Shown piece by piece: positions 22,288-32,070 of a DNA stretch of 32,966 nucleotides. The stretch is from positions 1-32,966 of the IMG/VR virus record IMGVR_UViG_3300033995_000182. One strand, 5' to 3'. The notes beneath the pieces are model-generated. The model searched no databases and was not told where the DNA came from. It was given only the letters and a program-made list of their open reading frames with translations. Within the stretch, counting starts at the first letter, position 1, and each line of letters starts with the position of its first letter. Source of the DNA: a virus (taxonomy: Duplodnaviria > Caudoviricetes). The position numbers and the translations under genes were made by a program.

Positions 22288-23456
22288 TGACCACATTTAA
22301 AGATTTCCTAGCAGAAGAAGCCAGTGAAGAGAAGCTTAAGCATCTCGAACACGCCGAAGACCACGTGATTCATGGTGGTTCGGCTGGTTTCTCACATGCT
22401 TACCATAACCTGAAGGATGTGCATGACCGCCTAACCGGCAAGGAGAATGCAACCAAGGTGACCATGAAGTATGATGGTTCGCCTTCGGTTATCTTTGGTA
22501 CTAATCCTGAGAATGGTAAGTTCTTCGTTGCTACTAAGTCTGCATTCAACAAGAATCCCAAGATCAACTACACGCCTGAAGATATTGAGAAGAACCATGG
22601 ACACGCTCCTGGTCTTGTAGAGAAGCTGAAGGCTGCACTGGAACACCTGCCTAAGACGACTCCTAAGAAGGGTGTCTACCAAGGTGACATCATGCATACT
22701 AAGGGTGATGTTCAGGTCCATGGTAGCAAGGTAAAGTTTACGCCAAATACGATCACATATGGTGCAGATAAGAACTCGGAACATGGCAAGGCCGCATTAA
22801 ATTCTCACATTGGTGTTGCTGTTCATACTGCATACAAGGGTAAGACCATGCAGGATATGAAAGCGCAATATGCACCTGAATTAAAATCATTTAAAAAGCA
22901 CAAAGATGTCCATCTGATCTCTACTGAACACCCTCTTGATAAGATGGATTATGATCCAAAGGATCAGCAAAAGTTCGCTAAGCATATGAAAGCTGCAGCA
23001 ACGTTGCATAAGGCGACCAAGGAAGATGCATTTGGTGCAGTTGGTCAACATCAACTTCCATTGAAGACGTACATCAATAGCACGATTCGCAATGGCACCA
23101 ATCCTAGTATCAGTGGTTATAACCAACATTTGGCTGCATCTCATCAAAAGAAGATTGATACCGTAAAGTCTGATAAGGCTAAGGCGCAAAAGACTGCGTT
23201 GGCCCAAGCAGACTTAGATCACGTACAAAAGAATCGCCAAGGTTTCAATCGTATTCTTCAGATGCACCGTCATCTTCAGAAGGCTAAGAATGTATTAACC
23301 AATACGCTGTCATCTAATTCTGAATTTGAACACACAATTAATGGTAAGAAAACAAAGCCAGAGGGATTTGTTGCAGTAAGACACAATCGTCCTACTAAGT
23401 TTGTTGATCGTCGCGAGTTCTCGGCTGCGAACTTCAATAAGGATAAATCACTATGA
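22287..23456 (+). CDS. Ligase-like nucleotidyltransferase-fold protein (DUF6267-like)
   Basis: HLEHAED, TMKYDG (KxDG), YQGD, PEGFV and KFVDR motifs. Confidence 0.7.
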   Translation: MTTFKDFLAEEASEEKLKHLEHAEDHVIHGGSAGFSHAYHNLKDVHDRLTGKENATKVTMKYDGSPSVIFGTNPENGKFFVATKSAFNKNPKINYTPEDIEKNHGHAPGLVEKLKAALEHLPKTTPKKGVYQGDIMHTKGDVQVHGSKVKFTPNTITYGADKNSEHGKAALNSHIGVAVHTAYKGKTMQDMKAQYAPELKSFKKHKDVHLISTEHPLDKMDYDPKDQQKFAKHMKAAATLHKATKEDAFGAVGQHQLPLKTYINSTIRNGTNPSISGYNQHLAASHQKKIDTVKSDKAKAQKTALAQADLDHVQKNRQGFNRILQMHRHLQKAKNVLTNTLSSNSEFEHTINGKKTKPEGFVAVRHNRPTKFVDRREFSAANFNKDKSL

Positions 23457-24064
23457 AGTCAATCCATATAACCCAAGGCAGATTCAATCCTGTGCATGCT
23501 GGTCATGCCATGGTTGTCAAGCATGTGATGGATGCCGCCAAGAAGGAAGGTGCCGATCATAAGATCCTGACTACCGGTACACATGATGCTAAGAAGAATC
23601 CACTGACTCCTGAACAGAAGGTCAAGCATCTTAAACGTGCCGTGCCTGGTTCTCATGTAGAGGCTATGGGCAAGGATGCACCTACACTACTACATCATAT
23701 GTCTAAACTACATAAAGCTGGGTATACTCATGTAACGATGCATGTTGGATCTGATCGTGTCAAAGATTTCCACGATCTATTGCATAGATACAATGGTGCA
23801 GAAGGTAAGCACGGTCACTACAACTTCAATAGCATCAAGGTCAAGTCTGTAGGTGGTGAACGTAAGGAAGGTGGTGGCGGTATTGAGTCTGCTTCGGGTA
23901 CTACAATGCGTAAGCATGCTACTGCCGGTGATAAAGAATCTTTCCACAAGATGGCACCATCAGGTATGAGCAAAGCACACAAGGATGAGTTATACCATGA
24001 TGTCCGTAAAGGCATGGGTACAAACGAATCCTTTATCGTAAGATTTAAGAACTGGATTGGTTAA
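23453..24064 (+). CDS. Cytidylyltransferase-like (HxGH) nucleotidyltransferase
   Basis: GRFNPVHAGH, KNPL, VGSDR and SGT.MR motifs. Confidence 0.85.
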   Translation: MKSIHITQGRFNPVHAGHAMVVKHVMDAAKKEGADHKILTTGTHDAKKNPLTPEQKVKHLKRAVPGSHVEAMGKDAPTLLHHMSKLHKAGYTHVTMHVGSDRVKDFHDLLHRYNGAEGKHGHYNFNSIKVKSVGGERKEGGGGIESASGTTMRKHATAGDKESFHKMAPSGMSKAHKDELYHDVRKGMGTNESFIVRFKNWIG

Positions 24065-25704
24065 TGGCTCAATTTAATACTGGGAATAATGCATTTCAAG
24101 CACAGGCTAAGACACTATTTGAAGTCAACATGATTGCGAATGGCAATAATGGTCTTGTTGTATCAAGCACAAATCCATTCCCGGTTTCAATTGCTGGATC
24201 TGGTGGTACCAATGTTGTAACTGCCGATTTGGGTGCAGCTGCAAGAAGTGCATTTGGTGAGTTGTTGTCAGTAACTCCAACTCCTATCGTACAGTTGGAT
24301 GCCTTGTACGGCATCGATCCTTTAGATATGACGACATATGCCAGCGGCACCGGTGCAAGTGCAAATACAGATAATACTGCTACTGTGTTTAGAGTTCAGA
24401 GTGGTACTTCTTCTACCGGTTATGCACATATACTTTCTAAAAAATACATGAAATATCGGCCGGGCCAAGGATCGCTGTCAAGATTTACTGCCGGGTTTAC
24501 ATTAGGTGTAGCCAACTCAACACAACGTGCTGGTCTGACCGATTCAGAAGTAGCACTGTGTGTTGGATATGATGGTGTTGACTTTGGCGTTCTAAGATCT
24601 ACCGGTGGTAAAGTTCCTATCTATAAGCTCACAATCAATACAGCACCTACAGGAGCACAGACTGGTGTTGTTACCTTAAATGGTGTAGCGAAAAACGTTA
24701 CAATAACTGCAGGTACAACTACCGCATGTGCTGCACAAATAGCTATTGATGGCGTTGGCGGTTATCCGGGATGGTATACGGAACAGGTTGATAATGTCGT
24801 TATTTTTAGAGGTATAAACCCAAGCGTCATGACTGGTGCGTTCAGTTTTACTAGCACAGGAACAGGTACACCTGCAGCTGGAACGTTTGCCACAGTACAA
24901 GCTGGTGTTGCGCAAATAGATTATTGGACCAAGCAAGCCGATTTTAATATGGATACACTAGATGGATCTGGTGATGCAAATAACCCATCGGGAATGGATC
25001 TAGATACAACAAAACTAAATGTATTCCAGATAAGCTTTAGATGGCTTGGTGTTGGTGTTATCAACTATGCCATAGAAGATCAGGCAACAGGTGAAATTAT
25101 CATGTTTCACCGACAACACTACACCAATCAACACACAACTCCCCACCTTGATAACCCATCTTTTAGAATAGGGTATACTGTAACAAATAAGGGTAATACT
25201 ACAAACTTGACAGTCATCGGCGCATCGATGATGATGGCTATAGAAGGTGTATTAAATCTATCTAGATCGTCTCGGTCAAGAGCAGTAAATAAAACATCCC
25301 TAGCTAAAGACGATCTACACCACGTGTTAAGCTTAAGAAATTCATACACATATAATAATAAGATTAACACAAACAGTATTAATCTTAAAAAGTTATCGAT
25401 CGGTGTTCAGTCAACAGATCCTGTCACAATATATCTGTTTCAAGATACTACGACCCAGAACGTTCCATTAGTTTTTAGTGATGTACTAAATAGTATTACT
25501 ACGCAATCAAGCACCACTGCTACTTTGAATATTGCAACAGAAACTCCTATAGCAGTCTTTGTTGTAGGTGTGAACGGATATGATAACATCGACATTTCAA
25601 GTCTTTTGATTTCAGAACCTGCTGGTAGCATTATAACTTTTGCTGCAACAAGCCCAGCTGCGATCTCAAGAATTACAATAGGCACGATGTGGACTGAAGA
25701 CTAA
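24064..25704 (+). CDS. Probable virion structural/fibre-associated protein (546 aa)
   Basis: Thr/Gly/Ala-rich beta-type composition; AFGEL and YRPGQG motifs; late cluster. Confidence 0.65.
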   Translation: MAQFNTGNNAFQAQAKTLFEVNMIANGNNGLVVSSTNPFPVSIAGSGGTNVVTADLGAAARSAFGELLSVTPTPIVQLDALYGIDPLDMTTYASGTGASANTDNTATVFRVQSGTSSTGYAHILSKKYMKYRPGQGSLSRFTAGFTLGVANSTQRAGLTDSEVALCVGYDGVDFGVLRSTGGKVPIYKLTINTAPTGAQTGVVTLNGVAKNVTITAGTTTACAAQIAIDGVGGYPGWYTEQVDNVVIFRGINPSVMTGAFSFTSTGTGTPAAGTFATVQAGVAQIDYWTKQADFNMDTLDGSGDANNPSGMDLDTTKLNVFQISFRWLGVGVINYAIEDQATGEIIMFHRQHYTNQHTTPHLDNPSFRIGYTVTNKGNTTNLTVIGASMMMAIEGVLNLSRSSRSRAVNKTSLAKDDLHHVLSLRNSYTYNNKINTNSINLKKLSIGVQSTDPVTIYLFQDTTTQNVPLVFSDVLNSITTQSSTTATLNIATETPIAVFVVGVNGYDNIDISSLLISEPAGSIITFAATSPAAISRITIGTMWTED

Positions 25705-25715
25705 ATTACAACAAT

Positions 25716-25723
25716 TATAAATA
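25716..25723 (+). promoter_or_regulatory. Late promoter
   Basis: TATAAATA. Confidence 0.75.
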
Positions 25724-25784
25724 GATTTGCGGTTAGGCTACGGCAATCCCGTTTGTGTAACAGATAAGCCCAAGGGAAACTCTG

Positions 25785-27557
25785 ATGGAAGATAAAGAAG
25801 TAAACGACAAGACTGTACCGGATAAAGCACCTGAGAAAAACCTCAAGAAGCCTTCTGGGAAATCTGCAACTGGCAAGCCATTAGATGGTATCGACATCAA
25901 TCCTCAGCTAAATGACGTGAGTACCGATGGCAACCAGTTAAAAATACGCAAAGAGGATTCCGTAGATCTAACCGCACCTGTAATTCAAGAGCGTAAAGCC
26001 TTGACATTACCACAGCGTCAAAAACGTTCTCGTCAGCTTCGTGCTCGTGAAACCTCAATGGAGAGAGCACGCGAGATTGCTAAAACAAAGTTAGCACCGG
26101 CTGGTAAGATTGAACAAAGAGCTATGGCACATGCCCGTGCTATTGTCAAGAAGAGATTTGCAGCTCGCAAGGGAACACCTTACGCAGAGCTATCAACGAC
26201 GGAAAAGATTCAAGTAGATACCGCAGTGTCAAAGAAGACGAAGCTGATCCAAAAGATCGCTGCACGTCTAATTCCTCGTATCCGCAAGGCAGAGTTCGAG
26301 AGACTTAAGTCATTCCGTGACGGTGCACCACTCAAGGATCTATCGACACAGAATCCTAAGGCACAGGGCATCATGCCCAAGGTGACAGAGGAAATGTCAG
26401 AGTTATTCAATAGTTTAAACAGTCAAGATACTACATCATTGATTGCTATTATTGAGAATACAATAGAACAGTTTAAAAATAATAACGACCCTATGGGTGA
26501 ACAACTTAGAAAGATGTTGGCTGTAGTCCTGCCTGAGGATGCAATTACAGAAACACTACTTAAGAAGTCAGATAAAACTGGTATCATGTTCTCAACACTC
26601 AAGGAAGTATTTGAGCGTGGTGAATATGACTGGAACTCATCCAAAAAAATGAGTCAAGAACAATATGCATTTACACGAGTTAACTCCTACATTGCCAAGG
26701 GCAAGGCATGGCATATGGATGCAGACATTCGTGAAGATAAGAATATCGATGCTGTACTAGATGAGTCATTTGCATCATTCTTAGAGATCCAAGAAAAGCG
26801 TGGATTGTGGGATAATATCCATGCCAAGCGTAAAAGAATTAAAGCCGGTTCTGGTGAACGTATGCGTAAACCAGGATCTGAAGGTGCACCTACTACACAG
26901 AACTTCAAGAGTGCTCAAGAATCTGTAGCTACAGAAAAGCGTAAGAAGATCGAACTAGTAGATCGTCTACCTGCTGACCAGGCAGTTAAAGCTAAACAGG
27001 CTGAGATTCAAAAGAAGATCATTGATGAAGCACGTGCTCCTGGTAAGGCATATGTAGAGCCATATCATCACCCACATACTGGTGAACAAAAAGGCTTCAA
27101 GGCATCTACTAAGTGGGGCAAGATAAAGTATTTTGGCAAAGACTTTAAGAAGTCGGCAGAAAAGCATGCCTTCGGAGAAGATACAGCAGCCGATCGTGAG
27201 ATTGGTACTGATTCACTTGTCAAGAAGTACAAGAAGGATACACCAGGTCAAAAGTCTTCATTGGATGAATCATTCACCATGGCATGGACATCTGGCATCG
27301 GTGTGACCCTGTCAGCTGCAGACTGTGGTATCAAGATCAAGACCGGGTTTGAACTCCATCCTGATGTTATAAAACAGATGGAGGAGATTGAAGAGGATGT
27401 AGTTGCAGCCGATAAGAGACCAGTGTATCTCCCACCCCGTCGCCATAAAGATGGTTCGTACGGCAAAGCATCAACGATGATGAGAAAAACCGGCAAGAAG
27501 ATCATTGATGTCCCAGAATATCCAGATGCAGATACGGATGAGCACGATGGAAAATAG
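25785..27557 (+). CDS. Modular Lys/Arg-rich late protein (590 aa), candidate internal head protein
   Basis: Basic modules (LKEVFERG..YAFTRVNSY; GLWDNIHAKRKRIKAGSGE) separated by I/L-x-E linkers. Confidence 0.8.
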   Translation: MEDKEVNDKTVPDKAPEKNLKKPSGKSATGKPLDGIDINPQLNDVSTDGNQLKIRKEDSVDLTAPVIQERKALTLPQRQKRSRQLRARETSMERAREIAKTKLAPAGKIEQRAMAHARAIVKKRFAARKGTPYAELSTTEKIQVDTAVSKKTKLIQKIAARLIPRIRKAEFERLKSFRDGAPLKDLSTQNPKAQGIMPKVTEEMSELFNSLNSQDTTSLIAIIENTIEQFKNNNDPMGEQLRKMLAVVLPEDAITETLLKKSDKTGIMFSTLKEVFERGEYDWNSSKKMSQEQYAFTRVNSYIAKGKAWHMDADIREDKNIDAVLDESFASFLEIQEKRGLWDNIHAKRKRIKAGSGERMRKPGSEGAPTTQNFKSAQESVATEKRKKIELVDRLPADQAVKAKQAEIQKKIIDEARAPGKAYVEPYHHPHTGEQKGFKASTKWGKIKYFGKDFKKSAEKHAFGEDTAADREIGTDSLVKKYKKDTPGQKSSLDESFTMAWTSGIGVTLSAADCGIKIKTGFELHPDVIKQMEEIEEDVVAADKRPVYLPPRRHKDGSYGKASTMMRKTGKKIIDVPEYPDADTDEHDGK

Positions 27558-27852
27558 TATTGTAGGGTTCAAGAGATTCATCACTGAACGCGGTGAAGAT
27601 TCTAAGGGGCATTTCATTGCGACTGAAAAAGGCGCAGGGATGACTAGCAAAGGAGTCAAGGCATTCCGTGCTAAGAATCCAGGATCGAATCTACAGACTG
27701 CAGTTACAGGTAAAGTAGCGCCGGGATCTAAAGCTGCTGGAAGACGTAAGTCCTTCTGTGCACGTATGGGTGGTATGAAAGGTCCTATGAAGGATGAAAA
27801 AGGCAGACCAACTCGCAAAGCAATGTCATTAAGAAGATGGAAGTGCAACTAA
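27547..27852 (+). CDS. Small basic protein (DUF6321-like)
   Basis: GFKRFITE N-terminus; NPGSNLQTAVT and RRKSFCARM..RRWKC motifs. Confidence 0.8.
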   Translation: MENSIVGFKRFITERGEDSKGHFIATEKGAGMTSKGVKAFRAKNPGSNLQTAVTGKVAPGSKAAGRRKSFCARMGGMKGPMKDEKGRPTRKAMSLRRWKCN

Positions 27853-28286
27853 TGGAAGAGATTACAAACCCACTTAAGGTAGCATTTGCAGATACCTATG
27901 CCTTTTATGTGAAGGCACAGAACTATCACTGGAATGTAGAGGGGCCTATGTTCCCTATGTACCACGAGTTTTTCGGTAACATTTATGAAGAGGTCGGTGG
28001 TGCAATCGATCGGTTTGCTGAAGAGATTCGTGCGGCTGGTGCATATGCTCCTGGAGCATTTCGTAGATTTGCTGAACTATCTAACATTGAAGATGAAGTT
28101 CTTGTAATTGGTGCATCGCAGATGGTTGCTACACTTTATGCCGATAACATGAAGGTATATGCATCTCTTAAGATGGCACGTGACATGGCTGATACATATG
28201 AACAGAATGGCCTCGTCAACTTCTTAGAAGATCGTCTTGATGCACACAAGAAGCATGACTGGATGCTTAGGTCAACACTGAAATGA
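27852..28286 (+). CDS. dps: Dps/ferritin-like DNA protection protein
   Basis: HWNVEG..F...HEFF...YEE....D..AE ferroxidase signature; HKKHDWML. Confidence 0.9.
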   Translation: MEEITNPLKVAFADTYAFYVKAQNYHWNVEGPMFPMYHEFFGNIYEEVGGAIDRFAEEIRAAGAYAPGAFRRFAELSNIEDEVLVIGASQMVATLYADNMKVYASLKMARDMADTYEQNGLVNFLEDRLDAHKKHDWMLRSTLK

Positions 28287-28870
28287 ACTACAGATCGGTA
28301 GAATCTAAGATCAGAGACGTTCTGGAAGGACTCCAGCCTAAGCATCTGCTTGGCAAGGAATCCGACCAGAATGATCAGATTGCTGTCGGGTCTTATACAA
28401 CTAAGACCTTTGATATGTCACCTGATGCTCAGATTATATTCGCCGATCTACCAAAAGAAACAGATACAAACTCGGCCGAACAAACTGCTATTCATCTTGA
28501 TAAACTATTTGATCTGCATAAAGATATCATTGCCGCAGAATCTGCATCACAGGCTGATCTAGATAAAGCCGAGGAATTGGTTGGTAAACTTAAACCACTA
28601 GCCGCCAGTATGGACCAATCTGTTAAGATAGATAAGATTGTAAACGACCATTATAATGATCTGAAAAAGTATTTTAAGGATGAGACAAAGGAAGTTGGTC
28701 CTGACTACCATCCAGCAGATGATCCGCGATTCCGCAGTCCTCCATCTGGCAATAAACCAGATCCGATTGCAGGACCACAGGGCGATCGCGATGTAGATAA
28801 TGTAAAGAACTATTTGATCAAAAGATCAAAAGCAGCACAACGTAAACTTAAACTTATCGATAACGACTGA
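28283..28870 (+). CDS. Hypothetical late protein (195 aa)
   Basis: ATGA coupling; YRSVESKIRDVLE N-terminus. Confidence 0.8.
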   Translation: MNYRSVESKIRDVLEGLQPKHLLGKESDQNDQIAVGSYTTKTFDMSPDAQIIFADLPKETDTNSAEQTAIHLDKLFDLHKDIIAAESASQADLDKAEELVGKLKPLAASMDQSVKIDKIVNDHYNDLKKYFKDETKEVGPDYHPADDPRFRSPPSGNKPDPIAGPQGDRDVDNVKNYLIKRSKAAQRKLKLIDND

Positions 28871-28885
28871 AATAGGAGCAGAAGA

Positions 28886-30517
28886 ATGTTTACTAAGAAA
28901 CTATCAACACAATTTACAGCCAGTCTTCTGAATGCCGTTTCAGGTGTTCTTGGTGAGGCAACTGCATTAGGCGACACACTGAAGCGTGAGCGTGAAGCCA
29001 AGGAAAAGAAAGAACCTAACGGCGTTAAGGAATCTAGCCACAATGATGTTCCTTTTGAAGGTCCATACGATAAGCCAGGTGTTCGCAAAGACAAATATGG
29101 AAATATTATTAAAAATGTTGCCAAACATCTTGCGAAGAAGGCAATGAGTGATAAAGCCAATGAAGAAACTGAGCATAATAATTGCGGAACTCCTGAATGC
29201 TGCGGGCAGTGCGATACACCTGAACAGATCGATGAAACTGCAAAGATCGTTGCCCATCTTCAAAAGCGTTATGGTGATAACATTCGTAAGAGTCACGTTC
29301 GTTCGGCTGCCAATGATTTTGGTGTCGATGCATCAAAGTTGGCTAAAGCAGTACGTACTAAGTTGGGCAAGAATATGCTCGATGAAGAGGATGATGGTTG
29401 GTATACCCATTCTCAGATGCACGGTTCAAAGAAAAGTGAAAAGCACCCAAAGGGTATTTCGGCTGATGAATGGAAATCTGGCATTAGATGGCATCATGGT
29501 AAGAATAAAAGAATTAATATTAAAGAAGAAGCTGAAGATCTTGATGAAACATCTGCAAAGAAAGCAATGGATTACCTAAGTAAATCGTTTGCACCTAGAG
29601 AAACAGCTGTAGAACGTTCAGCTAGAGCTACTCGGTATAATCCTGGTGATCGAAAGGAAGCTGGTAGACTCCTAGGTAATAAAATGAAGGGAGCCGAAAG
29701 AGCTGGAAAGATCATCGGTAAGTCATTTACTGTTAAAGAAGAAGCTGATCAGATTGATGAGCTCTCAAAGAAGCCCGGGGGAATCTTAGACACATATCAA
29801 CAGCGTGGCACTTTTAAAGGTGACAAGAACCGGGATGCTGGTAGAAAGCTTGCAACTAAAAAATTGAATCCTGGCAAATATGGAATGGAAGCACCTAAGG
29901 TAGCAGCTACCAATGAAGAAGCCGAACAGATTGATGAACTTTCAAAGGGAACAATGGGTCGTTATATCAATAAGGCTGCCACAAAAATGGGCAGTCAAGG
30001 TGTTACTGCTGGTCTGAAGATTGCTGCTGACGAAAAGTCAAGCAAGAACTTCAAGGACATGGGCAAGCGCGAAAAGGGCATCTCGAGAGCAGTTAATAAG
30101 CTGACCAAGGAAGAACAAGACTTCGTTGATTCGCTGAATATTGATACTCTGGATGAAGCACGTGGCCGTCCTAAGAAGGCCGGTGGCAAGGATTTCACAA
30201 TCAACCCAAGAACAAAAGAAAAGTTGATGCATGATAATCCTGAGCATATGAAGAAGATTGAAGCACTTCAAAGAAATGGTGTCATCCCTGAACCAAAGAT
30301 TGAAGCCAATCAGCATGTCATGCAGCAGCTTCAACGTGCTAAGTTATCAATGCGTGGTGGTGAAACAGTCCACTTCACTCATGGTGATTCACATCATGTC
30401 CCTGGCGAACATGCAGCAAAGCTTTTGACTAAGTATGCCGGCATGAAGCCAGATGAAAAAGAAGCATTCCAAAAGAAGATTGGCCATTCACACGCTAATC
30501 TTAAAAGCGAACTCTAA
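28886..30517 (+). CDS. Modular late protein with repeated EE-x-EQIDE linkers (543 aa)
   Basis: AGGAG SD; basic modules separated by acidic linkers. Confidence 0.8.
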   Translation: MFTKKLSTQFTASLLNAVSGVLGEATALGDTLKREREAKEKKEPNGVKESSHNDVPFEGPYDKPGVRKDKYGNIIKNVAKHLAKKAMSDKANEETEHNNCGTPECCGQCDTPEQIDETAKIVAHLQKRYGDNIRKSHVRSAANDFGVDASKLAKAVRTKLGKNMLDEEDDGWYTHSQMHGSKKSEKHPKGISADEWKSGIRWHHGKNKRINIKEEAEDLDETSAKKAMDYLSKSFAPRETAVERSARATRYNPGDRKEAGRLLGNKMKGAERAGKIIGKSFTVKEEADQIDELSKKPGGILDTYQQRGTFKGDKNRDAGRKLATKKLNPGKYGMEAPKVAATNEEAEQIDELSKGTMGRYINKAATKMGSQGVTAGLKIAADEKSSKNFKDMGKREKGISRAVNKLTKEEQDFVDSLNIDTLDEARGRPKKAGGKDFTINPRTKEKLMHDNPEHMKKIEALQRNGVIPEPKIEANQHVMQQLQRAKLSMRGGETVHFTHGDSHHVPGEHAAKLLTKYAGMKPDEKEAFQKKIGHSHANLKSEL

Positions 30518-30522
30518 TCAAT

Positions 30523-30530
30523 TATAAATA
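30523..30530 (+). promoter_or_regulatory. Late promoter
   Basis: TATAAATA. Confidence 0.8.
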
Positions 30531-30555
30531 AAAGAAAGTTTACAGGAGAAGACTA

Positions 30556-31422
30556 ATGGCACAATGGGGTAATACAGATGATGCTGCGAATTCCGTCCTA
30601 TGGGCGACTACGCAGGTAAATCTACCATCAAACACAGTAAATCAAACAGCACTATTCGGCAATACAACAGTTGATGCATGGAACAACAACGGCGTTGCCA
30701 TGAACAAAGCAGTTGGTCAGTTCGGTCTAGATATCAATGAAATTTCAGTTCAGATTGGTAATACGGCTGTAGCACAGTATATTATTACAAATCCAGGTTC
30801 TGGTTACAATGCTAACGCAGCAGTTACAGTTGCTAATACAACAGGCGGTGCAAACACACTGGCCGCTAACTCAACTGCATCGGGCGGTCGCATTACTGCA
30901 CTAACAGCAAACGGCACATTAATCCGCGGTTATACATCAATTCCTGCGATTACAATTGCTGCACCTGCTGCACAGGCATTCAATGCTAACTCGGCTGTCA
31001 CAAACGCAACAGACGCTATTGCAATCACAACTGCAAATAGCTTCTTCCTTCCAGGTGATAAGGTAACTTACACTGTTGCTGCTGGTAATACTGCTCTGAC
31101 AAACCTGACATCGGGTACGACTTATGTCATCAAGACATCGAACACAATAGCCGTTACACTTGCAACTGGAATTAATGCTCCAACAATCGATCTTACCAAG
31201 GGTCTGACAGAAACCGGTCACTCACTTACGGGTGAAACTGCAACCGCAACTGCTGTTCTTACAGGCCGCGGTTATACAAAGGGTGCTGCTCATACCGGTT
31301 GGGTACTTCGTACAGTAGGTGAAGGTGGTCGTGCAGGTCGTGTTCAGTACGAGACATTGGTTGCATTCGGTGGCAACTTCTCGAATGACGGATCTGATGA
31401 CGCAATCCTTCATGACGCATAA
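30556..31422 (+). CDS. Virion structural protein (fibre/decoration-like)
   Basis: MAQWG start, ITNPGSGY module, AHTGWV..GRAGRVQYETLVA C-terminus; Ala/Thr/Asn-rich. Confidence 0.7.
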   Translation: MAQWGNTDDAANSVLWATTQVNLPSNTVNQTALFGNTTVDAWNNNGVAMNKAVGQFGLDINEISVQIGNTAVAQYIITNPGSGYNANAAVTVANTTGGANTLAANSTASGGRITALTANGTLIRGYTSIPAITIAAPAAQAFNANSAVTNATDAIAITTANSFFLPGDKVTYTVAAGNTALTNLTSGTTYVIKTSNTIAVTLATGINAPTIDLTKGLTETGHSLTGETATATAVLTGRGYTKGAAHTGWVLRTVGEGGRAGRVQYETLVAFGGNFSNDGSDDAILHDA

Positions 31423-31432
31423 GGAATAATTA

Positions 31433-31684
31433 ATGTCTGACCGTGCTAAAAAGATTACAGAATTAACATCCATTGGCACGGCCAACACGTCGATCGCTAG
31501 CGGGGACCTCTTCATTATCGAAGACGTCTCCGCTAACACAACCAAGTCCGGTACATTATCCACACTTCGTAAAGCTATTGTACAGGGACCGTATGCAGAT
31601 GATCCAGCAGCAAATACAGCTGGTGTTGCATTAGGACAACTATATTATACTGCTGCGGGGGTTGTCAAAGTAAGAATTGCATGA
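31433..31684 (+). CDS. Small probable structural protein
   Basis: AAGGA SD; KKITELT motif. Confidence 0.7.
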   Translation: MSDRAKKITELTSIGTANTSIASGDLFIIEDVSANTTKSGTLSTLRKAIVQGPYADDPAANTAGVALGQLYYTAAGVVKVRIA

Positions 31685-32070
31685 TTGATAAACTTGATGA
31701 GTCCAACTTCGTGTTGTACGCTGCGAAAAATTATGATAACCCACAATGTTTTGATACTTTAGAGTTTTACGAAGATCTATCACGGTTTAAGTATATCAAA
31801 AGACTATTTAATCGTTATGAGGAATCTGGTGAACTTAAAGAGAGATTGATTCTGAATCATCTCATTATCTTGTATAATGTATTTGGTGCAGCCACTACAA
31901 AAATGTTATTCTTTAAGTTGAACGGCCATCTTCATTTATTGAAGCCGTTCATTCTTTTGTTGGGATTCTTGCCTGATAAAGTATCTGGCGTCGGTGTCGA
32001 GAACAAAACAATAATTAGTTCTGATATCCCTATGGATGATAATATTGTACAGATTCTAAGGAAGATTTAA
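31681..32070 (+). CDS. Hypothetical protein of T4-like phage type (129 aa)
   Basis: YDNPQC..EFYEDL.RFKYIKRL..ERLILNHLIILYNVFG motif. Confidence 0.85.
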   Translation: MIDKLDESNFVLYAAKNYDNPQCFDTLEFYEDLSRFKYIKRLFNRYEESGELKERLILNHLIILYNVFGAATTKMLFFKLNGHLHLLKPFILLLGFLPDKVSGVGVENKTIISSDIPMDDNIVQILRKI

